This document shows positions 7,858 through 17,540 of a stretch of 25,048 bases of DNA, piece after piece (position 1 is the first letter of the stretch; every line of letters begins with the position of its first letter). The stretch spans positions 1-25,048 of IMG/VR virus record IMGVR_UViG_3300030433_000858; one strand, given 5' to 3'. Origin of the DNA: a virus (taxonomy: Duplodnaviria; Caudoviricetes). The notes beneath the pieces were generated by a model. That model was not told the DNA's origin. It did not search any database and saw only the letters and a list, made by a program, of their open reading frames with translations. The position numbers and the translations under genes were made by a program.

Positions 7858-8496
7858 CTATTTTTTTATTTCGTTTTTAGCTTTATAGTTTCTGTCCACA
7901 TAATTAAAGAAATCTTTTTTGTCATCATCTGACATATCGCCGATATCTTTTACATTAAATTTTTTCATAGCTTTTTTAAAGAATGCTTTGTAATCATCTT
8001 CTTCTCTGAACATCATTTTATCAGCCTCATCCATATCATCTCTCATATCCCTATCGTTATCATCATGACCTCTTACATGCTTTTCATTTATAGAATAATA
8101 CCTACTTAGTATATGCCCCATATCCTCATACAATCCGCTCATTCTTTCCTGTAGTGAATTAGCCTCACCAGCTACCTTACTGAACTGTTTTGATAATGCT
8201 GTTAGTTCTTTCATATTACGGCTAACTGTAACTTTGTCGAACATATCATCTGTTTCAGAAAGTGTATGTTGTCTCGCACCTTCGGCTATTTTAGATAGTG
8301 TTTCTGCAACTTCTTTTAAATTTCCCTTTCCATAGATTTGCTCACCTAAAGAATTGTAGTTTCCTATAGAATCAACTAATTCTTTAACATTAATCTGTGG
8401 AGTATCATCCTCTTCTTTTAACCAAGGATTATGAGAAACAACACCACCAGCTACTCTCATTTCTTTTAATAAATCTTTTAATTTTATGTTAGCCAT
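7858..8496 (-). CDS. putative internal head/prohead core protein
   Basis: N-terminus MANIKLKDLLKE, helical core, and a C-terminal module DYKAFFKKAMKKF...KKDFFNYVDRNY. TAAGGAG RBS; located in the head cluster. Confidence 0.6.
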   Translation of the reverse strand: MANIKLKDLLKEMRVAGGVVSHNPWLKEEDDTPQINVKELVDSIGNYNSLGEQIYGKGNLKEVAETLSKIAEGARQHTLSETDDMFDKVTVSRNMKELTALSKQFSKVAGEANSLQERMSGLYEDMGHILSRYYSINEKHVRGHDDNDRDMRDDMDEADKMMFREEDDYKAFFKKAMKKFNVKDIGDMSDDDKKDFFNYVDRNYKAKNEIKK

Positions 8497-8513
8497 TTTT
8501 ATTCTCCTTAGAT

Positions 8514-8522
8514 ATAAATATA
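8514..8522 (-). promoter_or_regulatory. TATATTTAT motif, putative late promoter for the 212-aa gene and rpsU
   Basis: Exact motif in a 27-nt gap, directly upstream of TAAGGAG. Confidence 0.55.
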
Positions 8523-8523
8523 T

Positions 8524-10266
8524 CTATTTTACAAATTTCATAGCAATACTTTGCATTTTTAGTATTGGCAGTTTTGAAAATTTCTTTTTATTCGATGTAT
8601 TAATAGCATCGTAAACCTTTGTTATAGCAGAAGCTGTGTAAGTATCTACTTTCATTTTCTTACCCGATACAGGATCTTTTACAGAGGAATATCCATTTTT
8701 CAATACATCTCTCATCTGTTTTATCACATCGGGATCCTTAGCCTCATTAACATCATACTTTTTCTTCTTTCTCAACAGATGTGGTCCTGCAGGTTCTTTA
8801 CCAAGCTTTCCATCCACACCATATCCACAGGTTCCTTCATTCATATACTGTTTAGCTTTTATAGAAAACTCTAACCAATGATCCTTATAGATTTTCATCA
8901 GCTTCAATGCTTGTTGTCTATCTTTTTTTCCAATACTTTTTATCTTATCCTTAAGCATCCTATCTATTGAAGGGATGAATTTCTTAACGAGCTGTTCCAA
9001 TTCTGCTGATTCATTTACAGATTCACCCATAGCTTGAAGCCCTACTAATACCACAGCTTTATTTCTCGGAGTTGAGTTTCTGTATTTTTTTGCAACATAA
9101 TCATAATTCTTCTTAATCATCTCAGCCGCATCTTTCTCACTATTTCCATATTTCAAAAGAAGTTTGTATATCTTCTTCATTTCAGGATTTATTTTTTCAC
9201 TCACACTTTCTTTCTTAGAAAACTTATCTTTAATTCTTTGCCACATACTCTTAGCTTTTTTATGTGCTGAAGGATCTTTTTTAGCATAGGAAGATTGACG
9301 AGCAGTATTTACCGATACCTTACTTCCAGCTCTGTTCTGAACAACCATACGTTGAGCGGCTGCAATAGCAGCTGGGTTCTCATTTAGTTTTGATTCCATA
9401 GTTCCGTGTTTATCAATATATTTTTTCAAATCTTTCATATCAGAAAAAGTCTTTCGTAATGCTGGAACAATAAGTGAAAGTCCATTCTTACGTTTCTGTC
9501 TTTTGTAATCATAACCTTTATACTTGGCTTCTGTAGTCATTTTCTTTAATAACTTTTGTTGAAATTTTTTCTTCTTCTTAGGATCTTCAAAACCAATACC
9601 GCCGGTTAATACACTAGTCAATATATCTAAAGCCTTTTTAGAACCGTGGTCTTTAACTAAATCTTTGAATGCATCTTTAATAGACATTTCTTGCTCATTC
9701 ATAGATTCCTTTTTCAACCTACTCTTTTCAGCTCTTCCTCTGTTTTTAGATTGTGACTCAAATCCCACTATCTTTCCCCCTTTGTGTGATGCGTCTTTAC
9801 CATCACCATTTCCATAAGTACCTTTTTGTCTATTGTACTTATTTAATTCTGCTCTGTACTTCTTCATCTTTGGAGATGATTGAAATTTTCTGTACTCTGC
9901 TTTGTAATCTCTTTTTTCGTGTAATCCAGCTTTAGCACCCTTTTTAATCATCTTTTTAAATCCACTTGGATCTTTTTTCATCATTTTTATCACACCATCT
10001 ATTCCTTGAGGACTTAAGAAAATAAACTTTGATATGAGTTTTAATTCTTTTTCATTAGCCCACGGAAAATCTTTACCAACATCCTCAGTTACTTTCTTTG
10101 GTAATTCATCATGCTTTGTTTTAGCATACTTTCTTACCGATTTATCACTCATTGACTTCGCAGCTTTTTTTACAGCATTACTAACCTTACTTGCGGGCAC
10201 ATCACCTTTTTTAAAAGCATGAACCAAACCCATAAACTTCTGTTGTTGTTTAGATTTAGAAGGCAT
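8524..10266 (-). CDS. basic multi-module head-associated protein (DUF3008-like N-terminus, degenerate HNH-like module)
   Basis: About ten 30-75 aa segments separated by VTE, LHE, ESMNE, TTE, KLNE, ESVSE, ESVNE, YMNE and DVNE. The first (MPSKSKQQQKFMG...SMSDKSVRKYAKTKH) resembles DUF3008. The third has RDYKAEY...GDGKDASH...SKNRGR. Confidence 0.65.
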   Translation of the reverse strand: MPSKSKQQQKFMGLVHAFKKGDVPASKVSNAVKKAAKSMSDKSVRKYAKTKHDELPKKVTEDVGKDFPWANEKELKLISKFIFLSPQGIDGVIKMMKKDPSGFKKMIKKGAKAGLHEKRDYKAEYRKFQSSPKMKKYRAELNKYNRQKGTYGNGDGKDASHKGGKIVGFESQSKNRGRAEKSRLKKESMNEQEMSIKDAFKDLVKDHGSKKALDILTSVLTGGIGFEDPKKKKKFQQKLLKKMTTEAKYKGYDYKRQKRKNGLSLIVPALRKTFSDMKDLKKYIDKHGTMESKLNENPAAIAAAQRMVVQNRAGSKVSVNTARQSSYAKKDPSAHKKAKSMWQRIKDKFSKKESVSEKINPEMKKIYKLLLKYGNSEKDAAEMIKKNYDYVAKKYRNSTPRNKAVVLVGLQAMGESVNESAELEQLVKKFIPSIDRMLKDKIKSIGKKDRQQALKLMKIYKDHWLEFSIKAKQYMNEGTCGYGVDGKLGKEPAGPHLLRKKKKYDVNEAKDPDVIKQMRDVLKNGYSSVKDPVSGKKMKVDTYTASAITKVYDAINTSNKKKFSKLPILKMQSIAMKFVK

Positions 10267-10546
10267 TGTAAATATCTTTGTAATTACTATACTTTCTTTC
10301 TGCTCCGCTCATCAACATACCATCTAATTTTCGTCTAGCACCCATCAATTCATTCATATCTCTAAACTGATCATGCAATACCATAATTGCTTCATAAGAC
10401 TTTACCAAATTTTTCAATTTCATTTCTTTAGCCAATGTAATTCTAGCTTCATTGTGATTATTGATATCAGTAAGTTTAGCTATCTTATCAACTATTCTTT
10501 GATCTAAATCTACCTTTTCAAGCAATAAACTTTTGAGTTTCATCAT
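10256..10546 (-). CDS. hypothetical protein, putative internal head protein
   Basis: Starts MMKLKSLLLE; TAATG-coupled to the protease gene; overlaps the next gene by 11 nt. Confidence 0.65.
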   Translation of the reverse strand: MMKLKSLLLEKVDLDQRIVDKIAKLTDINNHNEARITLAKEMKLKNLVKSYEAIMVLHDQFRDMNELMGARRKLDGMLMSGAERKYSNYKDIYNAF

Positions 10547-11148
10547 TATCCCCTAAGTATGTCGTTGATTACCGCTTCAACCTTTCCATACTTTGTATCA
10601 CGAACTGAGATATTTTTATCAACGCTTTCATTCATTGGATACATAAAAGCACCGTGCGTGGATGGGTTAGAGACAAAATCAAAAGCAATCAATTCAAAAT
10701 CATCTTGGACTTCACTCGCACCACTCTCATTCATTGGTTCAACCGAACCCATACCACGCGAACTAATACCTAACCTTATACCACTTTTAAATAATTCTTT
10801 TAGTATATTACCGCTTGGTGTTGGCAAAACTTCTACTGTTCCCATTAAGTCATCACCATTCCAATTCATCTCTGTAATATTATGCGATACATTAGCCAAA
10901 TTAACAACAGAACTCTCTGGATGATCTAACTCACCCATAGCTCTTTTTTGGTTAATAAAGTTTTCAAAATACTTCTTAGCCTCACGCATTAGTATTTCTT
11001 TTGGATACACCCTACCATTTTGATTTTTGGTATCTGCTCTTTGCAACACACCTTTAACAACAAGCTTTCCGTTGTTCTCTTTCATAGACTCATTGATTTG
11101 GTCTGCCTGTATTTCAAATGGTAAGTAATCTACTATTAATTGTTTCAT
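10546..11148 (-). CDS. gp21: prohead maturation protease (T4 gp21 family)
   Basis: NQNGRVYPKEIL, GELDHPE, LPTPSGNIL, LGISSRGMGS and FDFVSNPSTHGA motifs; GGAG RBS. Confidence 0.95.
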   Translation of the reverse strand: MKQLIVDYLPFEIQADQINESMKENNGKLVVKGVLQRADTKNQNGRVYPKEILMREAKKYFENFINQKRAMGELDHPESSVVNLANVSHNITEMNWNGDDLMGTVEVLPTPSGNILKELFKSGIRLGISSRGMGSVEPMNESGASEVQDDFELIAFDFVSNPSTHGAFMYPMNESVDKNISVRDTKYGKVEAVINDILRG

Positions 11149-12047
11149 TATTTATCTCCGAAAAATCTATCGTAGTTTTCTTTTAAAATATGTTTCTTTG
11201 GTTTCTTGGATTCTTTTATTGCTCTATACTTAACACCATTGATTACTTTGGTTTCCATTGGTGCAGCAGGTATTGGTTTACTTTCATCATCATCGGATTT
11301 CAATACATTCTTAACATGATCATCTAAGTCTGCTAAAGTAACACCAGGAGGATCACTTTCACCATCCATAGAATCTCTAACTGTTTGATCGTCTACTATT
11401 TTTTTAAGAGCTTCTTCTGCTTCTTCTTTACTATCAAAATACATTGGAGAAGATCCCATTCCTAATTCTATAGCATATTGAACTTCATCAGTCATATTTC
11501 CATCGTCATCAAATTTTGGAGCAGCATGAAATCCCAATACATTATCGGGATCATCATCTTTACCAACCAATCCATGAATCTCACCACCGTGGTTTGCATC
11601 TTCTGAACCAACTGTTAGTCCTTTATCCTTTGCAATACCATGCAACTCATCTTCAATTTTTTCATTTTCTTTTTCTGATGCATTTTTTTCGTCATCTCCA
11701 TATTCTCTATCAAAATCTGCTTGTCTACCAGCATCACGATCATCATCGTAACCAGCACTTGGTATATCGCCAGTATCAGGTTCATCACTAGCATCAAATG
11801 CATCTCTATCGAAATCACCACCGCCTAACTTACCACCGTCTTTTTCACTATCATCGCCGCCTTTATCAGCATCTGACATCTTTTGCCAAGCTTGCTTTGC
11901 TGGATGATCATCGGGCATAGTCTTAGCAGAACCTGCCTTCATCTCTTTAGACTCACCATCTTTATCCTTATACTTAATCATCTTCTCATCATCTATCTCT
12001 AATAGCAATGAGTTAGCCATTTTTTTATAGGATTCTAATATTTTCAT
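11148..12047 (-). CDS. acidic hypothetical protein, putative prohead core protein
   Basis: Asp/Glu-rich; N-terminus MKILESYKKMANSLLLE; GGAG RBS; TAATG-coupled on both sides. Confidence 0.65.
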   Translation of the reverse strand: MKILESYKKMANSLLLEIDDEKMIKYKDKDGESKEMKAGSAKTMPDDHPAKQAWQKMSDADKGGDDSEKDGGKLGGGDFDRDAFDASDEPDTGDIPSAGYDDDRDAGRQADFDREYGDDEKNASEKENEKIEDELHGIAKDKGLTVGSEDANHGGEIHGLVGKDDDPDNVLGFHAAPKFDDDGNMTDEVQYAIELGMGSSPMYFDSKEEAEEALKKIVDDQTVRDSMDGESDPPGVTLADLDDHVKNVLKSDDDESKPIPAAPMETKVINGVKYRAIKESKKPKKHILKENYDRFFGDK

Positions 12048-12232
12048 TAGTCTTTCTCCATCATAATTTCGGTTCTAAGACTTTCCAATTGTTCTATCCA
12101 TTGGCCAAGCCTTCTAATCATATAATTCTTATCTACATCTTTTTTCTGTATCTCTACCTGCCATCTTTTCAGCAAAGTCGAAATACTAAAAAGCGTGTCC
12201 ATATAGGACTTCTTCTTATCTTCAAACGGCAT
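12047..12232 (-). CDS. small helical hypothetical protein
   Basis: GGAG RBS 5 nt before the ATG; stop overlaps the next start; fills the gap in the operon. Confidence 0.65.
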   Translation of the reverse strand: MPFEDKKKSYMDTLFSISTLLKRWQVEIQKKDVDKNYMIRRLGQWIEQLESLRTEIMMEKD

Positions 12233-12243
12233 AGTGACTCCAG

Positions 12244-12894
12244 CTACTGTAACTGCCCTACTTTATTTGCTAGTTTTACTAACCTTTCACTTATTTTGTT
12301 CAAAGCTTTATGTGTATTCTTCCAATAGGAACGTGAATCCACTTTTAATTCATTTTTAAGACGAACATTCATCTTAACTAATCTATTCAGTTCATTAAGA
12401 GAATCTCTTATTTCTCTCATTGAACGACCAATTTTTTGTTTTGGAGTCATTGACTCATCATTTCTATAATCGTGATACCTACCCTCATTGATAGATTCAT
12501 TCTTTGGCTTATCCTTCATGCCTTTGGCTATCTTTTCAATAAATGCTGTGACTTCTTTTGGTTGTCTTTTTTCGTGATTTGTTATTTTACCATTAGGTGC
12601 GATATGGGCAATTTTTTTGTAATCACCAGCTTTCTCTACATTACGATTCCATAAAGTAATACCATTACCTAAAGAACCCATACCGATATCATAACGACCT
12701 ATTTTAACTTCTTTAACTACATTGTATCCTGCGGCATTAGCTATCTTTTTCTTTTTCTTCTTATCTTTCTTTCTACCGCCACTAAATGCATATGGAGTCT
12801 GATAACCAGGCGTAGCAGATGAAGTGGAAGCTTCTTCCATCTCTTTTTTGATTAATTCACGAACTATCTGTTTGAGCTTAGCTTGATTTGACAT
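12244..12894 (-). CDS. modular hypothetical protein, putative head-associated
   Basis: KLKQIVRELIKKEMEE leader; segments separated by VVKE and NESINE; C-terminal coiled coil. Confidence 0.65.
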   Translation of the reverse strand: MSNQAKLKQIVRELIKKEMEEASTSSATPGYQTPYAFSGGRKKDKKKKKKIANAAGYNVVKEVKIGRYDIGMGSLGNGITLWNRNVEKAGDYKKIAHIAPNGKITNHEKRQPKEVTAFIEKIAKGMKDKPKNESINEGRYHDYRNDESMTPKQKIGRSMREIRDSLNELNRLVKMNVRLKNELKVDSRSYWKNTHKALNKISERLVKLANKVGQLQ

Positions 12895-13738
12895 TTTTAA
12901 GTTCCTTTAAAAGTTCATAGTATCTCATTAAAGTGATTACGTGTTTATCTTCAACGATTCGACCTTTTAATAACTTATGTGACTGTTTGATAGCCTCTTT
13001 TAGCTTTATTTTTGTAACTTTGTCATCAATACCCTTTAAAAACGATTGGAGTTGAGTTTTTACCTTTACGGATTCGGATTCGATGAACTCTTTTAGTGAA
13101 TTTGTGTTAGAAATGTTATTTATATACTCTTTGAGTAAATTTCTCTGTTCTTGGCTCAAATTTTTGTATTTTTTGTTGAATTTTTCGACAAGAACAGTAT
13201 ATGCTAACAATCTCAAGTCTTTTTCTGACTTTTTGTAGCTTTCCATCACAGATTTCTTCTTTTTATCAGCAGAAATCTCTTTATTTGTGATATTTTCTAT
13301 AATTGTGAACTTACTTTCTGTTTCTATGACGGGATTGGAGTTGGTTTGAGTTTCAAACAGCTTAAAAACAGAAGCATACACCTTATAGTTAGGAATTCTA
13401 GCCATAAAGAACTGATTTACATCATATGCTTTACGAATTTCGTTTACTAAATTATATTTTTCTCTTTTTAGAGATTTTCTATTGATTTTTCTGTATGAAC
13501 TGAGTACAGCATTGATTAAATGATCAGCTTTGCTCTCAGTATTAAATTTTTCAGTAGTTAATATCTTATACAATCCATATTCTTTACCTAATTCTGTTTT
13601 AGGCGAAAAATAATTCTTTAAAATGGATACAGCTTTTCCATTTTTGTCATTCATTATATCAACCGTTATCTGTCTCGTAAGTAACTCAAAAAGAATACCA
13701 GTATTCTTAATCTTCGAGTGCTTTATTTTTGTATTCAT
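12878..13738 (-). CDS. hypothetical helical protein downstream of the portal
   Basis: Long ORF beginning MNTKIKHSKIKNTGILFELLTRQIT. Start moved from the TTG at 13750 to the ATG at 13738 because GGAG (13745-13748) precedes it at normal spacing. Confidence 0.75.
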   Translation of the reverse strand: MNTKIKHSKIKNTGILFELLTRQITVDIMNDKNGKAVSILKNYFSPKTELGKEYGLYKILTTEKFNTESKADHLINAVLSSYRKINRKSLKREKYNLVNEIRKAYDVNQFFMARIPNYKVYASVFKLFETQTNSNPVIETESKFTIIENITNKEISADKKKKSVMESYKKSEKDLRLLAYTVLVEKFNKKYKNLSQEQRNLLKEYINNISNTNSLKEFIESESVKVKTQLQSFLKGIDDKVTKIKLKEAIKQSHKLLKGRIVEDKHVITLMRYYELLKELKNVKSS

Positions 13739-13772
13739 TACCGACTCCAATCGTTTTTAGTATACTCTATAT

Positions 13773-13781
13773 ATAAATATA
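13773..13781 (-). promoter_or_regulatory. TATATTTAT motif, putative late promoter
   Basis: Exact motif in the gap after the portal stop codon. Confidence 0.6.
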
Positions 13782-13788
13782 CAATAAT

Positions 13789-15600
13789 TTAATTTTTATT
13801 AGTATTTAGAGAAGAGACTTCTGTTTTATACTCACTTTCAACCTCACTGCTCTCACTAATTAACTGTTTTTCCTGTGCACTTAGATTTTTTAATAAATTT
13901 TCATAGGTGTGTAAAGATTTTGGTGAGTAAGCCATCTTTTTATCATGTGCTCCCAATGGATCTCTACCTCTTACACCACTATCCTTACTATATTTATTAG
14001 CTTCTTTAGGCCTTCCAGCGCCTGGCTGTCCACCTTCTTCCGATCCACCCTCATCATCTAACTCATGACCTGTTCTACCCATAGCCATATCCGATGGTGT
14101 GCCTTGCGATTGTCCACTTTTTGCTGGATCGTTACCTTCGGCTTCGATTTGTTGCCTTCTAAACTTAGTTTTGTAGTCAAAAACTACCTGTTCATCTATT
14201 TCTTTTATCTCATCATCATTAAAATTAAAGACATTTTTGTAAACCCACTCTGAAGATACCAAACCATCTCTTAGCATTGAGTCTGCAAGAGAAGTTTTGT
14301 TATTCCATAGTTCAATTTTTTCTTGTTCGTAGATTGTAGATGGATTTGTGAGCTCTAACTCAAAGTTTACAAGCTCTTGATCCCTAAAACCCTGTGCATA
14401 TAGATGAACAACAGCGATTTTATTCAACTCACTCACTACAATTCTCTGTATTCTTTCAATAGTACGAGCAAACCTAACATCTTCAGCAGCTAAAGTAGCC
14501 TTAGAACCCAATCCTTCCTCATATCCTAAGAAAGCCTTTGGAACTCTTAGTGATGCAAGTAGTCTGTTCTTCAAATATTCAATATCATCAACCGCTTCAT
14601 AAGTCAGACCAGCTAAACTTTCGATATTTGTTCCACTATCCCCACCCCTAACAGGTAAGAAGAAATCTTCTGTAAGGTTTTGTATGTTATATCGTAGGTT
14701 GTAATCGCCTGTTTTCTCATCGATAACAGGAGCCTTCTTCATTTTGTTAATTGCCTGTTGCATAAAGTTATCAACTTCAGCAGGTGGTATGTTTCCAATG
14801 TCTAATTTAAATACTCTCTTTTCAGGTGCCCTCATTATCCTATGTATCAACATAGCATCTTCCATAAGAGTTAACTGTTTCCATACTTTTCTACCAGCTT
14901 CCAACATAGACCTACCATAAGGAACATAATTAGCATCAGATAACAATCTAAAATGAGCTACCTGATAGTTTTCTAATATAATGTGTTCTGTTTTTTGTGC
15001 AGTATGTCTATGTGTTTGAGTACCGCTATTAGGTGTAATCTGAAATTGAACTAATTGTGGATTTGTTAAATCATGTCCTTCCAAACGAGCCACATCATAA
15101 GCAGATAGAGGAACAACATTTGTTATACCATACTTATCATTGACTTCCAACTTTAAAAAATGATCTCCATATTTAGTCATATTACGAACCCACGGCCATA
15201 GATTAAATTCTATATTCAATATATCGTAAAATAAATTATGCAGTATATCATATACCTGATTATTATCTGTTTTAACAGCCAATACATTACCATATTCATT
15301 CTTCATAGTTGATTCATCTGAATAAATATCTAATGCAGAAGCAACTATTGAATCTGAATCCATCGATTCGTAGTCTCTGAATAATCCCAACCTTAATTGT
15401 TGTGAATACAATTGATCATTATATCCCAACTGTTGCATATTAGAATACAACTTTTGATATCTATCTACTAAATTATTTTTAGCTTTGGATTGCAATTGCC
15501 CTGTATCCATTATTTTTAATTTTCTACCACCTACATTACGAACTATTGTATTCGTAGAAAATAATCGTTTTAGTCTTGAAAATAAGTCTTTATCAGCCAT
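13789..15600 (-). CDS. gp20: portal vertex protein (T4 gp20 family)
   Basis: QLTLMEDAMLIHRIMRAPEKRVFKLDIGNIP, EDFFLPVRGG...TNIESLAG, DDIEYL...SLRVP and EDVRFARTIERIQ motifs; GAGGT RBS. Confidence 0.96.
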   Translation of the reverse strand: MADKDLFSRLKRLFSTNTIVRNVGGRKLKIMDTGQLQSKAKNNLVDRYQKLYSNMQQLGYNDQLYSQQLRLGLFRDYESMDSDSIVASALDIYSDESTMKNEYGNVLAVKTDNNQVYDILHNLFYDILNIEFNLWPWVRNMTKYGDHFLKLEVNDKYGITNVVPLSAYDVARLEGHDLTNPQLVQFQITPNSGTQTHRHTAQKTEHIILENYQVAHFRLLSDANYVPYGRSMLEAGRKVWKQLTLMEDAMLIHRIMRAPEKRVFKLDIGNIPPAEVDNFMQQAINKMKKAPVIDEKTGDYNLRYNIQNLTEDFFLPVRGGDSGTNIESLAGLTYEAVDDIEYLKNRLLASLRVPKAFLGYEEGLGSKATLAAEDVRFARTIERIQRIVVSELNKIAVVHLYAQGFRDQELVNFELELTNPSTIYEQEKIELWNNKTSLADSMLRDGLVSSEWVYKNVFNFNDDEIKEIDEQVVFDYKTKFRRQQIEAEGNDPAKSGQSQGTPSDMAMGRTGHELDDEGGSEEGGQPGAGRPKEANKYSKDSGVRGRDPLGAHDKKMAYSPKSLHTYENLLKNLSAQEKQLISESSEVESEYKTEVSSLNTNKN

Positions 15601-15611
15601 AATTTTACCTC

Positions 15612-17183
15612 TTAGTTAAGTAGCCATTCTAAGTTTTCTTTCTCACCATTAACATCCATTTCCCAACTACTATTTTCATTAGTTGGTGTCTGTGGAAGCA
15701 TCTGTGATGCAATATTACCTAATGTTTTCTTTTGTAAATCAATACCCTCTTGCCTTAATCTAAGAGCAGTATCTCTTACCCATAAACATATAGCAAAACT
15801 CATCACTAAGTCATCATTGTAACCCTGCATAGCTTCGGCTTTATTGTTATTATATATAAATACAAAAAGTTCATCAATTAATCGATTTGAACGAACAATT
15901 ACCGACTTTTCCCTAAAATATTCCTCTAATTTAGCGATTACCAATGGTCGGGTTTTCATTGTCATAGAAAAACCAGGCACCATATTTCTGTCTTGAACTC
16001 TGTATCTATTTGTTAGTTGATTTTCAACATCAACATATTGTAAGTCTTTACTGGTATAAAATAGTCTATCATATCCTCTGTCAATTACCTGTTGAATAGC
16101 AGCCCATCCGATATTGTTATTCTCAACAACCAATAGGGCATTGTTGTATTCTGTAGCAGTATTGACTAATAAGTTACCAAAATCTTTTGTGCTAATCTTA
16201 CCTTTGTATTCAGCAACCTGTTCCATACTTTCGACATCCATAATATGAAATGCAGAGTAATCTGCACTATCCCCTCTGCCAACATCAGCAGAAAGAACAT
16301 ATTCCTTTGTATAGTTTGGCGGTTGCCATACCCAAAAGTTACTATCGATACCACGCTTTTCCAAAGGGTCTTGTGTATGTGTTTGCCTATACTCTTCTAA
16401 TATAACACCATCAACAACTGTTTGACCAGAAGTAATGAAATCACAATCACATTCTTGAGCAGCTAATGAAGGACCTAACAACTTATCCTGCTCTTTTCTC
16501 CATTCGTCATTTCTTTCGGGATGTAAGTTCCAATGTAATCTTATCCAATTCCAATCATTTGTTCCATCTTCAGCACCAACCCAAGTCTTGTGAAACCAAT
16601 TACCCACTCCATTTGGAGTAGAAAGTGCGATACATTGTCCACCAGTAGATAATGTCTGTGAGGCAGCTGCCCATATCGGTTCAATCTTATCGATAAAAGC
16701 AGCCTCATCTAATATCAGTAGAGATAGAGCTTCTGATCTACCACTATCTTCTCCGCTCGATACAGCTTTTATCTGCGAGCCATTATTGTATCTCAGAGAT
16801 AGTTTATTATCCTCTGTACATTTTTGTTTTAACCAACTCGGTAGATTTGCGTGCATTACTCTTACCTTAGTTACTAAGTTTTTAGCAGTATCTTGTTTGG
16901 TGGCAATTACCAATATGTTTTTATCGCTATGAAATGTCATCATCCATAGAGAATACCCAGCAGTTAGTGTTGATAATCCTAACTGACGAGCCTTTAGTAT
17001 GATATTAAACCTATGATCTTCAAAAGTTTTTAATGATTTCTCCTGATACTCATAAAGATGAAAAGGAACTTTACCCTTCATAGGATGCTGAACCATACAG
17101 TACTTCTTCATAAAGTATGCAGGATCTTTAGCACACATAAGGTACTGTTTCTTTATTACTTCTTTTAGTGGAGCAGGTTTCAT
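15612..17183 (-). CDS. terL: terminase large subunit (T4 gp17-like)
   Basis: Walker A LKARQLGLST, Walker B LLILDEAAF, coupling motif STPNG, and nuclease motifs SADVGRG, VENN and NDDLVMS. Start set at the ATG at 17183 (TAATG overlap, AGGA upstream) rather than the TTG at 17219. Confidence 0.96.
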   Translation of the reverse strand: MKPAPLKEVIKKQYLMCAKDPAYFMKKYCMVQHPMKGKVPFHLYEYQEKSLKTFEDHRFNIILKARQLGLSTLTAGYSLWMMTFHSDKNILVIATKQDTAKNLVTKVRVMHANLPSWLKQKCTEDNKLSLRYNNGSQIKAVSSGEDSGRSEALSLLILDEAAFIDKIEPIWAAASQTLSTGGQCIALSTPNGVGNWFHKTWVGAEDGTNDWNWIRLHWNLHPERNDEWRKEQDKLLGPSLAAQECDCDFITSGQTVVDGVILEEYRQTHTQDPLEKRGIDSNFWVWQPPNYTKEYVLSADVGRGDSADYSAFHIMDVESMEQVAEYKGKISTKDFGNLLVNTATEYNNALLVVENNNIGWAAIQQVIDRGYDRLFYTSKDLQYVDVENQLTNRYRVQDRNMVPGFSMTMKTRPLVIAKLEEYFREKSVIVRSNRLIDELFVFIYNNNKAEAMQGYNDDLVMSFAICLWVRDTALRLRQEGIDLQKKTLGNIASQMLPQTPTNENSSWEMDVNGEKENLEWLLN

Positions 17184-17539
17184 TATATCTTTCCTAAAAT
17201 AAATCCAATACCTAACCAAAGATATTGATTCTCATACCATTTTGGTTCAACTAACCTTACCAACTTTTCATTCATTTCGTCACGAGCTTTTAGTAATTTA
17301 ATTTGAGAATCCTTAGCTTCTAACAATAGTGAATCAACATTTGAAGATTCCTCTAATTTTTCTATCAGAGATTCATAGTCATTAATCAATACTTTTTGTG
17401 ATGAAATCAAAGAATCAGCCTTTTCAATCTTACCTTCCCATTGAGCATCTCGAGCTTTTATCATCTCTAAAGCTTCAGCTTCTGTAAATGTTGTTTGTGC
17501 TAACAAAGGTGTTAGTAATAAAATCCAAATATACCTCAT
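17183..17539 (-). CDS. exported coiled-coil protein with hydrophobic C-terminus (spanin-like candidate)
   Basis: The ATG at 17539 follows the upstream stop and gives signal-peptide-like MRYIWILLLTPLLA-Q, then a coiled coil, ending KWYENQYLWLGIGFILGKI. Confidence 0.55.
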   Translation of the reverse strand: MRYIWILLLTPLLAQTTFTEAEALEMIKARDAQWEGKIEKADSLISSQKVLINDYESLIEKLEESSNVDSLLLEAKDSQIKLLKARDEMNEKLVRLVEPKWYENQYLWLGIGFILGKI

Positions 17540-17540
17540 C

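Noticed and set aside
13789-17183. Introns or inteins in terminase or portal
   Set aside because: Both frames are uninterrupted and of ordinary length, with motifs at normal spacing and no visible intein splice motifs.
17184-17219. TTG start for terL; also the starts at 17602, 13750 and 24998 given in the ORF track
   Set aside because: Better ATG starts exist at 17183, 17539 and 13738, with RBS or coupling and less overlap. The frame at 24998 stays open to the window edge.
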